This document shows positions 45,463-55,382 of a DNA stretch of 64,000 bases, piece after piece; positions within the stretch are counted from its first letter, which is position 1; every line of letters starts with the position of its first letter. The position numbers were made by a program, and so were the translations under genes. The DNA comes from Fibrobacteria bacterium. GTDB lineage: Bacteria > Fibrobacterota > Fibrobacteria > UBA11236 > JADFYW01. Where the stretch lies: assembly GCA_050294405.1 (NCBI GenBank), contig JBNKOC010000009.1, positions 32,001 to 96,000 of the forward strand, read 5' to 3'. Under the pieces are notes generated by a model. That model was not told where the DNA came from and ran no database searches. It saw only the letters and a list, made by a program, of their open reading frames with translations.

Positions 45463-45509
45463 GCTGAAATACCCTTAACTTATTATAGCACTAATTTTGA
45501 CCCATTTGC

Positions 45510-46181
45510 CTAGTAGTCTGGTTTGGATTGGGAACTGAGACTGGATTGGGGAGTATAAAGTATTTTATCAGAAATAGCTTTAAGTCCCGCTTTAAATATT
45601 TGCTTTGAAGGAAGCAGTTTTTCCTTGTCCAGTGCTTCGTCCAGCACAATGGCCTGAATCCGCAAAAATGGAGAATCAAAAGGGGTTTCCCAAAATTTAA
45701 TTTCAATAACCATTCTTCTTTCAAAGAGCCCTTCTTTTTGTTGCAGAATATTGGACTTGATGTAAGGAGTCAGTAAAATTTTATAGGAGTAATCGCCCAC
45801 CAAGTTTGGCAAAAGGCTATCGGCTATTTCCCGATGTTTCTGTATGTGCTCCACATAGGCCAGATGGGCTTTGGCCTGCGTGCGACTTAGCCTTTCCACA
45901 TCGTGCCCATACACAACTAATTGTTGGCCCGGACGAGCTTCTTTTAAAAATTCGGAAAATTTTCCGATATCTTCCAAGTCCCTGCCTAGTCCGGATTGGG
46001 GTACAAAGGGAAGCACCAGCCAGGGCTGAGTGAGCAATTGGGTGGCTTCATCCGGATTGATATAACTATCCAGTTGAACGGAGGATTTTACCTTGGGCAC
46101 GCAATGCAATACCAAGAGGGCTATTAGCAAAATGCTTGGCCAGTTTTCCCTGGAGAATAATTTTTCAAAAATAAGTTTCAC
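45510..46181 (-). CDS. Hypothetical lipoprotein
   Basis: Hydrophobic stretch followed by VLHC. Confidence 0.5.
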   Translation of the reverse strand: MKLIFEKLFSRENWPSILLIALLVLHCVPKVKSSVQLDSYINPDEATQLLTQPWLVLPFVPQSGLGRDLEDIGKFSEFLKEARPGQQLVVYGHDVERLSRTQAKAHLAYVEHIQKHREIADSLLPNLVGDYSYKILLTPYIKSNILQQKEGLFERRMVIEIKFWETPFDSPFLRIQAIVLDEALDKEKLLPSKQIFKAGLKAISDKILYTPQSSLSSQSKPDY

Positions 46182-46246
46182 CTATTCCATTGTCCTAAAA
46201 TTGCGGAATTGGAACAAGAGCGGGATATTGTGGAAAATGGTGAGGA

Positions 46247-46708
46247 TTACAAAAATATGCGAAAGCCGATACTACCATCTAAGCTGAATCGGGTGCCATT
46301 GATAAAATCCACAAATGGCGCCAGTTCAAAGAACATTTCAAAGGTATTTTCTTTATAAATATAGCTGGCTCCCAACGGAACCCGAACTCCAAGGGTGTTA
46401 ACATTTCCCAAAAAACTGCGCAAACCCACTCCCATGTAGGTGGGTAAGCTTCCTCCTTCAATTTGGAATGCAGAAAAATCGTGCATTAAAAAATCGGAAT
46501 GGAGGTAAAAATAATTGTTGTTGTCCTGAAAATTGAAACTAAGGGCTGCATCTATGGCCGCATCATCGGATATCCAGTGTTTAGAAACTATTAAAGCAGG
46601 GCCGTTGTGTATGGCAACGCCTATGGAGTGCCCCCTGGATTGGGAAAAAATACAAATGGGGCTAAGGCCCAAAATTAAAACCAGGAATGTCCAGCGCAGC
46701 AAAACCAT
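46247..46708 (-). CDS. Small outer-membrane beta-barrel (DUF3996-like)
   Basis: YLHSDFLMH, GVRVPLG, FFELAP, GSIGFRIF. Confidence 0.7.
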   Translation of the reverse strand: MVLLRWTFLVLILGLSPICIFSQSRGHSIGVAIHNGPALIVSKHWISDDAAIDAALSFNFQDNNNYFYLHSDFLMHDFSAFQIEGGSLPTYMGVGLRSFLGNVNTLGVRVPLGASYIYKENTFEMFFELAPFVDFINGTRFSLDGSIGFRIFL

Positions 46709-46737
46709 AAACTGAAAAATACAAAAAAAATGGAAAA

Positions 46738-46923
46738 TTAAACCAACCCAAATGTGGAATACTCAATGGTATTTTCCAAAGTTTCGAGGTTTTTCAAAAT
46801 GTGCAATTGGGTGCGAATGCTATCCATTTGCACATCAGCAGAGTGGTTTGGACCAATTAAATTTCCGATATTAAACTGACTGGCCAATTCTTTTAAACTT
46901 TGGAAGTTTGCAACAGTTTCCAT
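46738..46923 (-). CDS. Small hypothetical protein
   Basis: GAGGGA SD before ATG 46923; co-oriented with neighbours. Confidence 0.3.
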   Translation of the reverse strand: METVANFQSLKELASQFNIGNLIGPNHSADVQMDSIRTQLHILKNLETLENTIEYSTFGLV

Positions 46924-47038
46924 CTTTTCCCTCAATTAATTGCTGGGGAAAATGCTCCCCAGTATTTAAAAAAAATGAATTCTATTGTTGTAAAGCAATA
47001 AAAAAATAGGTCTTACAGTATTTTTTTAATTTTTTTCT

Positions 47039-48100
47039 TTACCCAGCGATGGCCGCAGTTTGGGATTCGAGGCTTTCGGCCGCCTGAAAAATCAAAGACT
47101 CTGTATCTTGCCAAGAAATACAGGCATCTGTAATGGAAACCCCATACTTTAAATTTTGGCTGTTATTAAAAGGCTGGTTGCCTTCAAATAAATGGCTTTC
47201 CAGCATCAAACCGAGGATGTTATCATTGCCTGACTTTATTTGCTTGACCACGCTTTCCCATACCAATTTTTGATTTCCATGAACTTTGTTGGAATTCGCG
47301 TGGCTGCAATCAATCATAACCGCCGGAGAAAGTCCTGCTTTTTTTAATTGTTCCTGGGCCATGTTAATGCTTTCCGGTCCGTAGTTGGGTTTTCCTTTGC
47401 CGCCGCGAAGGACCATATGTCCGTATGGGTTGCCCTGAGTTTTAACCAGGCTGATTTTTCCCTCCATGTTAATGCCCAAAAAGCTATGAGGATGTTTAGC
47501 AGACTCCATGGCATCTATCGCGATTTGCACGTTTCCATCAGTTCCATTTTTAAAGCCTACTGGCATGGAAAGGCCGCTGGCCATCTCTCTATGAGTTTGA
47601 GATTCCGTGGTGCGGGCACCGATAGCAGCCCAACTAATAAAATTGCCGATGTATTGGGGAACAATTGGATCAAGCAATTCAGTTGCAATAGGAAGACCCA
47701 TTTCGGAAATTTGATTGAGTAACATCCTGGCTTGTTTAAGACCTTCAGCAATATCACAACTTCCATCCAGATGGGGGTCATTAATAAGCCCCTTCCATCC
47801 TATTGTGGTTCTGGGTTTTTCAAAATAAACCCTCATTATTATCATCAAAGAGGAATCTACCTGTTTTTTAAGCTCGCTCAGTCGTTCGGCATATTCAAGG
47901 GCCGCTTTGGTGTCATGTATGGAGCAGGGGCCTGTAATGACCACGGTCCTTTTATCTTTACCGCTAATAATATCCATCAATTGAGTCCGACTTTTGGCTA
48001 TTAAGGATTCCGATTTTTCAGACTGAGGCAATTCTTTTGCCATATCCGATGGGGCTGGAATTGGTTGAATGGATTCAATATGTATGTCTTGCATTTTCAT
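47039..48100 (-). CDS. aroG: DAHP synthase class I-alpha (AroF/AroG/AroH family)
   Basis: GPCSIHD, RVYFEKPRTTIGWKGLINDP, AIGARTTESQTHRE, DCSHANS, GVSITDAC. Confidence 0.93.
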   Translation of the reverse strand: MKMQDIHIESIQPIPAPSDMAKELPQSEKSESLIAKSRTQLMDIISGKDKRTVVITGPCSIHDTKAALEYAERLSELKKQVDSSLMIIMRVYFEKPRTTIGWKGLINDPHLDGSCDIAEGLKQARMLLNQISEMGLPIATELLDPIVPQYIGNFISWAAIGARTTESQTHREMASGLSMPVGFKNGTDGNVQIAIDAMESAKHPHSFLGINMEGKISLVKTQGNPYGHMVLRGGKGKPNYGPESINMAQEQLKKAGLSPAVMIDCSHANSNKVHGNQKLVWESVVKQIKSGNDNILGLMLESHLFEGNQPFNNSQNLKYGVSITDACISWQDTESLIFQAAESLESQTAAIAG

Positions 48101-48113
48101 AATTTTTTCCTTC

Positions 48114-48190
48114 AAAAAAAAAGCCCCCGGTTTTCCGAGGGCCCGTTGAGAATTTCTAAATGCGAATTACCCAACCGGCCCTAGGCTGGT
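48114..48190 (-). terminator. Attenuator: terminator/antiterminator upstream of DAHP synthase
   Basis: GCCCTCGG-AAAA-CCGGGGGC-U9 terminator; AGGGCCGGTTGGG can pair with CTCAACGGGCCCT (antiterminator). Confidence 0.85.
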
Positions 48191-48238
48191 AAAGTATCCA
48201 AAAAAACTAAAACCCAGAACGGCTAATATTCGAAACAT
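48167..48238 (-). CDS. Phe/Tyr-rich attenuator leader peptide MFRILAVLGFSFFGYFTSLGPVG
   Basis: 23-aa ORF with 5 Phe and 1 Tyr, overlapping the antiterminator 5' arm. Confidence 0.85.
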   Translation of the reverse strand: MFRILAVLGFSFFGYFTSLGPVG

Positions 48239-48244
48239 TTCTAT

Positions 48245-48273
48245 AATCTAAATCCCAAGTTGGAAAAAATCAA
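48245..48273 (-). promoter_or_regulatory. sigma70 promoter of the leader/aro transcript
   Basis: TTGATT-17-TAGATT, 6 nt before the leader ATG. Confidence 0.65.
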
Positions 48274-48371
48274 ATTGGCTCCATGGGCAATTTTAAAGAT
48301 TTCTTTTGAGTCTGCTGCCTAAAAGGGAGTATTTTATAAAAATTGAGTTTTTTTTGAGGTGATTTTCACAA

Positions 48372-49535
48372 ATGGAATTTTGCGGTTACATAGAGGGTTA
48401 TTATGGAAAATTATTGAATTGGGATGAGCGCACTCAAATTGTCGCGAAATTGAGCCAATTATCCATGAATTGTTACCTATATGGGCCCAAAGAAGATAGC
48501 TACCATCGAAAAAATTGGAGTCTAGCTTATCCATCTGGCTGGATGGAAAATTTTTCCAAATTTGCCAGGAATTCAAAAAAGCTGGGGGTAGAAGTTATAC
48601 CTTCTTTAGCCCCAGGCCTTAGTTACAAATACCAATCCGCTTCCGATTTTAATAAACTATGCCAAAAAATTTCGGCCTTTCAAAAAATAGGAATTAAGAA
48701 ACTTGCCATCTTAATGGACGATATTTCAGATGAATTGCCTTCAAATTTAAAGCCCCGGTATTCCAGCTTGGGTGGAGCCCATGGGGCTTTGTTGGAAAAA
48801 TTACAACAGATGTTTAAGACAAAAATAAGTTTTTGGTTTTGCCCCACTATATATACCAGTGCTTTTTCCAACCGTCCAGTTGAACAGAATCTTTACTTGA
48901 AGGACTTGGCTAGAACCCTTCCAAAAAATATTCCGATTTTTTGGACGGGGGATCAGGTAATATCCTTAGCCATTCAAAAAAAGAATTTAAAACCATTACA
49001 TAAACTTTTTCCACAACAGCTTCTTATTTGGGATAACTATTATGCCAATGATTATTGTCCCCGCAGGATATTTTTAGGCCCTTTTCGGAAAAGAAATTCC
49101 GATGTATTGCCTTTGACAAAAGGGTATTTTATCAATCCAACGGGAAACCTTTATACGGATATTATGTATTTGGAAATATTATCTGTCTTTTTCAAAAAGA
49201 AAGCAATGTTAACAGGATATAAAGAAGTTATCAAAAAGCGCGGGATCAATAAAATATACTTGCCTTTGCTTAAATATTTCGACTCCCCCTTTGCCACATT
49301 GGATTTTTTTAAAATTCCGCTTTCGCAAATAAAAAAAGACATTCAATTGTGTACCCAATACCTTTTCGAGGAAAAGGGTCCGCTCCATTGCGAATGGTAT
49401 CCTTACATGCAAGGCTTAAGGGCGGATTTAAATTTAAGGGTAAAAAGAAATGAGCCTGATTTTTTAAAAGGGATGCCCAGTAGGCAACCTGATTTGTTAA
49501 GGAGCATCTTGTCGAGTAAGGGTTTTTCTGCTTAG
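48372..49535 (+). CDS. GH84 beta-N-acetylglucosaminidase (O-GlcNAcase/hyaluronidase family)
   Basis: GYIEGYYG, YLYGPKEDSYHR, ILMDDI, FCPTIY, FWTG, IWDNYYAND. Confidence 0.88.
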   Translation: MEFCGYIEGYYGKLLNWDERTQIVAKLSQLSMNCYLYGPKEDSYHRKNWSLAYPSGWMENFSKFARNSKKLGVEVIPSLAPGLSYKYQSASDFNKLCQKISAFQKIGIKKLAILMDDISDELPSNLKPRYSSLGGAHGALLEKLQQMFKTKISFWFCPTIYTSAFSNRPVEQNLYLKDLARTLPKNIPIFWTGDQVISLAIQKKNLKPLHKLFPQQLLIWDNYYANDYCPRRIFLGPFRKRNSDVLPLTKGYFINPTGNLYTDIMYLEILSVFFKKKAMLTGYKEVIKKRGINKIYLPLLKYFDSPFATLDFFKIPLSQIKKDIQLCTQYLFEEKGPLHCEWYPYMQGLRADLNLRVKRNEPDFLKGMPSRQPDLLRSILSSKGFSA

Positions 49536-49540
49536 AATAG

Positions 49541-50497
49541 TCAATTCTTAAACAGCCAATTTTTAAATGCAGCTAAACTGGCAGAATCGCTGTCTATGCG
49601 CCAATTGAGCTCGGCTTCTTCACGTTTATCAAAATTAAACCAGATGAAACCGTGTATTCTTTTATCGGATTCCAGCTCTTCTAAAAAATTTTGTATCCAG
49701 TGGGACTTTCGGGGATCCTGAGCGCAACCAATTTCGGCAATATATATGGGGTGAGAGAGTTTTTGGACCGCATCCAATGATTTTTTAAATACCTCGGAGT
49801 AACTTTTCCAGGAATGATATGGCTTGTAATTGTCGCCAAAATTATAACCATCCAGCCCGACCAGGTCTACATACTCTTTGCCTGGGTAATAGGGCAAAAT
49901 ATCTTTTTCGAAATTTTTTTCAGCCCATATGATGTTAGGAGAAAACATCCATTTTATGTTGTTTGCTCCCTGCTCTTTAAATATGCTGTAAACATGTCTC
50001 CATGCTTGTACGAATTTTTCGGGCTGTGCGCCCCAATTAAACCAGGAACCGTTCATTTCAAAACCAAAACGATAAATCACAGTTTTATTGTATTGAGCCG
50101 CCTCTTGTGCCCATGATATAAAATAAGAGTCGTATTTTCCTTCATATATGTCTTTTAAATAATCTTTTTTTGGATTTCGAAACCGCGACCATTTAGTAAG
50201 TTCAAGGGATATAATGGTAACAAGCCCTTTTGATTCATTGTATTTTATAGTATTGAGGGGGAAAGGTCGGTATAAATCCCTGAAAAACATAACATACTTT
50301 ATAGGGCGGGTTTTAGAATTTTCAAAAGTTGCTAATTCTTTTTCTAATTGTTGCTGGTATGGATTAAAACCCCAATATATCTGATATATGCCCCATTCAG
50401 GCGGGCCTTTTCTAAGGGGAGCTTGCCCTTCTCCCAGCGTAAAAAGAAAGGGCAGAAAAAAGCCAATTCTTTTTGTAAAGATTTGAATGAGTTCCAT
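49541..50497 (-). CDS. GH26 glycoside hydrolase (mannanase-like)
   Basis: RFGFEMNGSWFNW, YYPGKEYVDLVGLDGYN, IAEIG. Confidence 0.88.
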   Translation of the reverse strand: MELIQIFTKRIGFFLPFLFTLGEGQAPLRKGPPEWGIYQIYWGFNPYQQQLEKELATFENSKTRPIKYVMFFRDLYRPFPLNTIKYNESKGLVTIISLELTKWSRFRNPKKDYLKDIYEGKYDSYFISWAQEAAQYNKTVIYRFGFEMNGSWFNWGAQPEKFVQAWRHVYSIFKEQGANNIKWMFSPNIIWAEKNFEKDILPYYPGKEYVDLVGLDGYNFGDNYKPYHSWKSYSEVFKKSLDAVQKLSHPIYIAEIGCAQDPRKSHWIQNFLEELESDKRIHGFIWFNFDKREEAELNWRIDSDSASLAAFKNWLFKN

Positions 50498-50503
50498 TGA
50501 GGA

Positions 50504-51550
50504 TTAAGTTTGGGAATAAAAGGAAATGAGTTTATCCGTGGAGCTATCTGGACCCATTAGGAATAACTTATCCGTTGCTTTTAATTTCATATTGGAAGGC
50601 GGAACGAAATGGTGCACGCCCTCCCTTTCCAATGCTGTTACTGCCATACCTGTGTTTTCCCGGATTTGACTTTCAGCAATGGTTTTTCCAATGAGATTGG
50701 GAAATTTTTCCACTAAAAATGCGCATACATCTAAATTGTTGGCTTCGGAGCTGGTGGAACGGATTAAATCCACTACAGCTGGTTTAGCCAGCATTTCGTA
50801 CAATTGATGGGCTCCTGCTTTTGCAGGGCAGATGGTTCTTGTGGCTCCCGCTTTTAATAGCTTTGATTCCGTGGCCGGATCTTCGGACCGGGCTACAATG
50901 TCCATCTCTGGTTTTAATTGGCGTGCGGAAAGAGTAACAAACACATTGGCCGGATCATGAGGCAAGCAGGTCGCTAATCCCGAGGCGTTTTCCAGACCTG
51001 CGGAAAGTAGGACCTCTTCATCAGTGGCGTCGCCCTGGATATATAAAATGCCATGGGTTTCCGCTTCGGCAACTTTATCCTCATCGAGCTCCACCAGCAC
51101 AAATGGCATATCCATTCCCAGCATTTGATCGCATAGAGCTTTTCCCATTCGCCCATAACCAACAATAATGAAATGATTTTTAAGAGATTTAATTTGTTTC
51201 AACAATTTTCTCCTTCCAAAATGTTTGTTAAGCTCTCCATCAATTGCGAAAGCCACCAAATTGCTCGCTGCAGCGGCGGCCAGAAAGATTCCCACTAACA
51301 TAACCACTATGGAAAAATTTCTTTCCATAGAGCTAAGCGGACCTTCCATTCCGACGGTTGTTAATACCACAAGGGTGAAATAAAAACTGTCAATAAGGGT
51401 TCGCTGCCCTTCCACTTGGTCAATTCGGTCGATAAAATAATAACCCAAAGTGCCAAAAATTAATAAGCTGGAAAAAAGAGAAAGGCTTATAATCAGTTTT
51501 TTGCGCGCTTGTTTTATGGGATCGTGAATCCGTTTGGGAATTGGCTTCAT
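50504..51550 (-). CDS. 2-TM ion channel with TrkA/RCK domains
   Basis: Pore helix SFYFTLVVLTTVG; HFIIVGYGRMG, GDAT, RCK-C. Confidence 0.9.
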   Translation of the reverse strand: MKPIPKRIHDPIKQARKKLIISLSLFSSLLIFGTLGYYFIDRIDQVEGQRTLIDSFYFTLVVLTTVGMEGPLSSMERNFSIVVMLVGIFLAAAAASNLVAFAIDGELNKHFGRRKLLKQIKSLKNHFIIVGYGRMGKALCDQMLGMDMPFVLVELDEDKVAEAETHGILYIQGDATDEEVLLSAGLENASGLATCLPHDPANVFVTLSARQLKPEMDIVARSEDPATESKLLKAGATRTICPAKAGAHQLYEMLAKPAVVDLIRSTSSEANNLDVCAFLVEKFPNLIGKTIAESQIRENTGMAVTALEREGVHHFVPPSNMKLKATDKLFLMGPDSSTDKLISFYSQT

Positions 51551-51612
51551 ATCTTTCTAAAAATAAAACAGCATTTCATAATTTTGGGAAAGATGTTTCT
51601 ATTTTTTCAGTT

Positions 51613-51813
51613 ATGTATCCCGAACCGGCATCCCATTTCATCCAGTGTCCCTATTGTGCTCAAAATTTGGAGATTATTTTGGACACCTCGGTTTCCTTCC
51701 AAAAATATGTGGAAGATTGCGAAGTGTGCTGCCGCCCCATTTCTCTGCACATTGCAATTGAAGATGGAGCTGTTCGCTTCGTCGAAGCATTCAGAGAAGA
51801 AGATGACTTCTAA
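51613..51813 (+). CDS. CPXCG-motif cysteine-rich protein
   Basis: QCPYC...YVEDCEVCCRPI. Confidence 0.85.
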   Translation: MYPEPASHFIQCPYCAQNLEIILDTSVSFQKYVEDCEVCCRPISLHIAIEDGAVRFVEAFREEDDF

Positions 51814-51829
51814 ATTTGAAGTAGGCTGA

Positions 51830-52267
51830 TTATTGGGTTATGGTTTCCAATTTTTCGGCCTTTGGAATTAGACAAATATTATTGCCGTATAAATCCTGAA
51901 AGACAGCTTCTGAGTTTAAAAAGTTGTCCTTAATTTCAATTTCAATTTGAATTCCCAACTCCCGCAAACGGTTGATTTCAGCTTCCCAGCTCGAGGATTC
52001 TAAAACCATAAAAGAGTGCCTGGAACCTTGTTTGCCAACCTTTGATTTTTGGTGCGCGCTAACGGCTTCAACAAAGGTTATTTCGATGTTTCCTTGTGTG
52101 GGGTTTTCTATGCTCACCCATCGTGAATTCTTATGGATGTATTCATCTACTTTAACCTTAAACCCCAATATGTTTGTATAGAACTCAATAGCATCGTCAT
52201 AATTTTTTACGAGTAGAGTAAAGTGGCTTACTTTATTTTCATTTTTATAGTATCGATTTAGTGCCAA
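51830..52267 (-). CDS. VOC/glyoxalase family protein
   Basis: LLVKNYDDAIEFYTNILGF...AVFQDLYGN. Confidence 0.85.
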   Translation of the reverse strand: MALNRYYKNENKVSHFTLLVKNYDDAIEFYTNILGFKVKVDEYIHKNSRWVSIENPTQGNIEITFVEAVSAHQKSKVGKQGSRHSFMVLESSSWEAEINRLRELGIQIEIEIKDNFLNSEAVFQDLYGNNICLIPKAEKLETITQ

Positions 52268-52530
52268 AATTTTTCCCCGATTAATTTTTTAAACTCTCTG
52301 ATATCCCTTATTTTATAACGCTGGAGAAGGAGTTGCTACAATTAAATATAAATTTTTGAACTTATTATTTATACCGCAAAAAGCATAAAAAAACAAATAG
52401 TTGTTAATAGATGTGGATAAAATATTAAGAATCTTGTTTTTGCGAAAATTTAAAAGACAATGGCGCTTTGATTTAACAAGTTGAAAGCATTTTAGAAAAC
52501 AATAATCAAAAAGAGAATTGTTATTAATCC

Positions 52531-52560
52531 AAAAAAAAAGCCACTCCGAAAAGGAGTGGC
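52531..52560 (-). terminator. Intrinsic terminator after the MFS gene
   Basis: A9 + GCCACTCC-GAAAA-GGAGTGGC. Confidence 0.85.
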
Positions 52561-52584
52561 CTAAAATCTGAAAAAAATGGCTTA

Positions 52585-54183
52585 TTAATTTTCCTTAGCC
52601 ATTTCCTCCGCAAGGTTAATTGGTTTGTACCCGCCATTGGCTCGGAACCATAACATAATCAAAGCAAAACCAATTGCCATTGAAATTGGGAGAACCGCTG
52701 CAACTCGCAGTGTTTGACGGCCAGTTGTTTGGAGGCTTGCCCTTACTGGCTCTTTGCTTTCTTCAGGGAATTCAGGCTGAGCTAAAACAGCTTCGGCATT
52801 TACAGAAGTATAAGAAACGCCAAACAAAACCTTATCTTGAACAATTTTGTTTTCTTTTCCTTTTACAGTTATTGTACGGCCTTCATCCTTTAACTGTTGA
52901 ACCACAGCTGCTTGTTCTTTCATTACTGCGGTGGCGTTGTAATGCTCTTGCACGGCTCCTAAAAAGGGTCCGCCGAAAATACCTACAGTGAGAAGTCCCA
53001 TGGCTGAAACAGTATTCAATGTTAATGCGCCACCTTTGGGGAAGCGTTCTGCTGTGAATCCAAGAACCGCAGGCCAGTAAAAAGTTTGACCAATGGCATA
53101 GAATACGAAGGCTACAAAAATGGCTGCACCATTTGCAGTGGAAAGCCAAAACAAGCCAATGATGGAAAACACGGAGCTAATGAGCAATAACCCAAGTGGA
53201 CCAGTGAACTTAAGAGGTATGCCTACACCAAAACGCAACACCATCATAATGCCGGCAGAAAATACCAGCGCCCATCCGGCGTTTGCACCTAATACAGGTT
53301 TCATTAAGTTTTGAATCCAGGCATCTGTCGCAAGTTCTGCAGTAGCCAAAGGCACCATTAGTACGCAAAGGAAAAAGAACATCCATTTGCCCAAAGATTT
53401 TAATCCAAATCCAAAGGCGACACCACCAATAATACCGGTGATTAAGGACGCTACTAAGCGTGAATATTGGCCTCCGGCAAAAAGATGGGCTTGATTATAA
53501 AACTCGTAACTGATAAACATAGCGGCCAGAAACATTCCCAACCCGCCAAATTCTCTTAACATTTCAGAATATGGAACTTTGGCTTCCACACGTTCATCAA
53601 CGGGGTATCTTTTGGCCAAGATAAACATAACACCGTAAGCCAAAACAGGTAAAAGCATAAAAAACCAAGCGGTTTTAGCTGTTCCCCAGGTGTCCACGTT
53701 TTTGTAGAAAAGCATGTATATTGTTCCACCAATTACAATTCCCGCAGGCCAGGCTGCATGAAGAATAGCCATGTATTTGGTTTTTGCATCTCTATAAATA
53801 GAAGCAACTAAGGGGTTAATACAAGCTTCTACGATTCCATGACCTAAACCGGCAAAAAGGCAGGCTACCAAAAGACCATTGAATCCGCCTGCGGTAAAAG
53901 TCAATATTACAGATAAAGCCTGCAAAGTAAAGGCCGCCATCATGGATTTTTTGTAACCCACTTTATCTACGATGAAACTGAAAAGAATCATCATAACTGC
54001 AATGGGCCATAAACCTGCGCCTAACAACGTTCCAACCTCAGTTTCTAAAACGTTTAGCTCGGCCTGCCACAATGCTGGTGCCATGGCCCGGAATACAAAG
54101 CCAACACCTGCGGCGGTAAGCGAAAGAAAGCTAGCCCAAAAAAGGGTCTTTTTTTCGCCTTCGGTCAAATCTATTGAAACCAT
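52585..54183 (-). CDS. MFS transporter (probable sugar permease)
   Basis: Many TM helices; VDKVGYK, GIVEACINP, LHAAWPAGIVIG, ERFPKGGAL. Confidence 0.88.
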   Translation of the reverse strand: MVSIDLTEGEKKTLFWASFLSLTAAGVGFVFRAMAPALWQAELNVLETEVGTLLGAGLWPIAVMMILFSFIVDKVGYKKSMMAAFTLQALSVILTFTAGGFNGLLVACLFAGLGHGIVEACINPLVASIYRDAKTKYMAILHAAWPAGIVIGGTIYMLFYKNVDTWGTAKTAWFFMLLPVLAYGVMFILAKRYPVDERVEAKVPYSEMLREFGGLGMFLAAMFISYEFYNQAHLFAGGQYSRLVASLITGIIGGVAFGFGLKSLGKWMFFFLCVLMVPLATAELATDAWIQNLMKPVLGANAGWALVFSAGIMMVLRFGVGIPLKFTGPLGLLLISSVFSIIGLFWLSTANGAAIFVAFVFYAIGQTFYWPAVLGFTAERFPKGGALTLNTVSAMGLLTVGIFGGPFLGAVQEHYNATAVMKEQAAVVQQLKDEGRTITVKGKENKIVQDKVLFGVSYTSVNAEAVLAQPEFPEESKEPVRASLQTTGRQTLRVAAVLPISMAIGFALIMLWFRANGGYKPINLAEEMAKEN

Positions 54184-54536
54184 TCGTTAACTCCTTGTTC
54201 TGTTTAAATACCTATCTATTGTGGAATGGGTTTTTACAAACCCATAAAAAATTCTTTTAACGGCAAATAATATTAGAAAAAAAAAATCGGAAGCAATGGC
54301 ATTAGGTCAAGAAAAATTCACAGCTATTCCACTGCTATGCTTTTCTGAGCATTTTTGCCAGATTTCTGACGATTTTATGAATAAATCCATGAAGATTTAT
54401 GCCAAAGCCAATTACTGAAGGTCAAAATTAATTTTGTGGGCTAACTTATATGGAGCGGGGTTTTCCAAAAATTTGAAATATTAAGTAAAATTTATTGCCA
54501 AACAAAGGACCGAAAAAGGAGTGGAGCTGATATTTT

Positions 54537-55382
54537 ATGCTCAATGTCTTCGAATACACTAATTACAGAAAATTTCTTTTGGATTTTTATCATGAACAAA
54601 AATCCAAAAATGAAAGTTTTTCTTATCAAATTATGGCCAACAAGGCGGGTTTTCGATCCAAAAGTTTTATCAAATTAGTTATTGATGGAAAAAAAAATCT
54701 CACCCGGGAATCGGCACTTAAAATTAACTCAGTTATAAAGCTCAATGAAAAAGCGTTTTCTTATTTTGAAGATTTAATTGCATTTAATCAGGCCAAAACC
54801 CTTAAGCTTAGAAATCTTTTTTTTGAAAAATTATCTGGCTACAACCCCAGAAATCCGGCGAGGTTAGTGCTGCAATACGAGTATGAATTTTACTCCAAAT
54901 GGTACCATAATACGATTCGGGAAATTGTTACAGCAATTCAATTCAAGGAGGATTACTCTTGGTTGGCCCGGCAGCTCAATCCACCAATTTCCCCTAAGCA
55001 AGCAAAAGAGTCTGTCCAGTTGTTGCTTAAGTTGAATCTGATTCAAAAAGACGAAAATGGATATCAGCTAACAGATAAAATATTAACCACAGGGGATGAA
55101 GTTAAAAGCTTGGCTGTTTCTAATTTTCATTTTCAGAATTTAAATCTGGCTGCGAAATCCATTGAGTCAACCTCCTCAGGAGAAAGAGATATCTCTTGCT
55201 TGGTGGCCGGGTTATCCCTGGAAAATTTTCATGTTGTAAAAGAAGAAATTCAAAAATTTCGGAAGAGAATTTTGGAAATAGCCCAGCAAGAAGAAAATGT
55301 GAATAGGGTTTACCACATAAACTTTCAATTTTTTCCCAGTTCGGAAAAGTTGTTGGGTTCGCAAGAGAAGGATGAGTTATGA
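54537..55382 (+). CDS. TIGR02147-family protein (HTH + DUF4423-like)
   Basis: FEYTNYRKFL, FSYQ..A.KAGF.SKS, YSKWYHNTIRE, ERDIS, VYHINFQFFP. Confidence 0.85.
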   Translation: MLNVFEYTNYRKFLLDFYHEQKSKNESFSYQIMANKAGFRSKSFIKLVIDGKKNLTRESALKINSVIKLNEKAFSYFEDLIAFNQAKTLKLRNLFFEKLSGYNPRNPARLVLQYEYEFYSKWYHNTIREIVTAIQFKEDYSWLARQLNPPISPKQAKESVQLLLKLNLIQKDENGYQLTDKILTTGDEVKSLAVSNFHFQNLNLAAKSIESTSSGERDISCLVAGLSLENFHVVKEEIQKFRKRILEIAQQEENVNRVYHINFQFFPSSEKLLGSQEKDEL

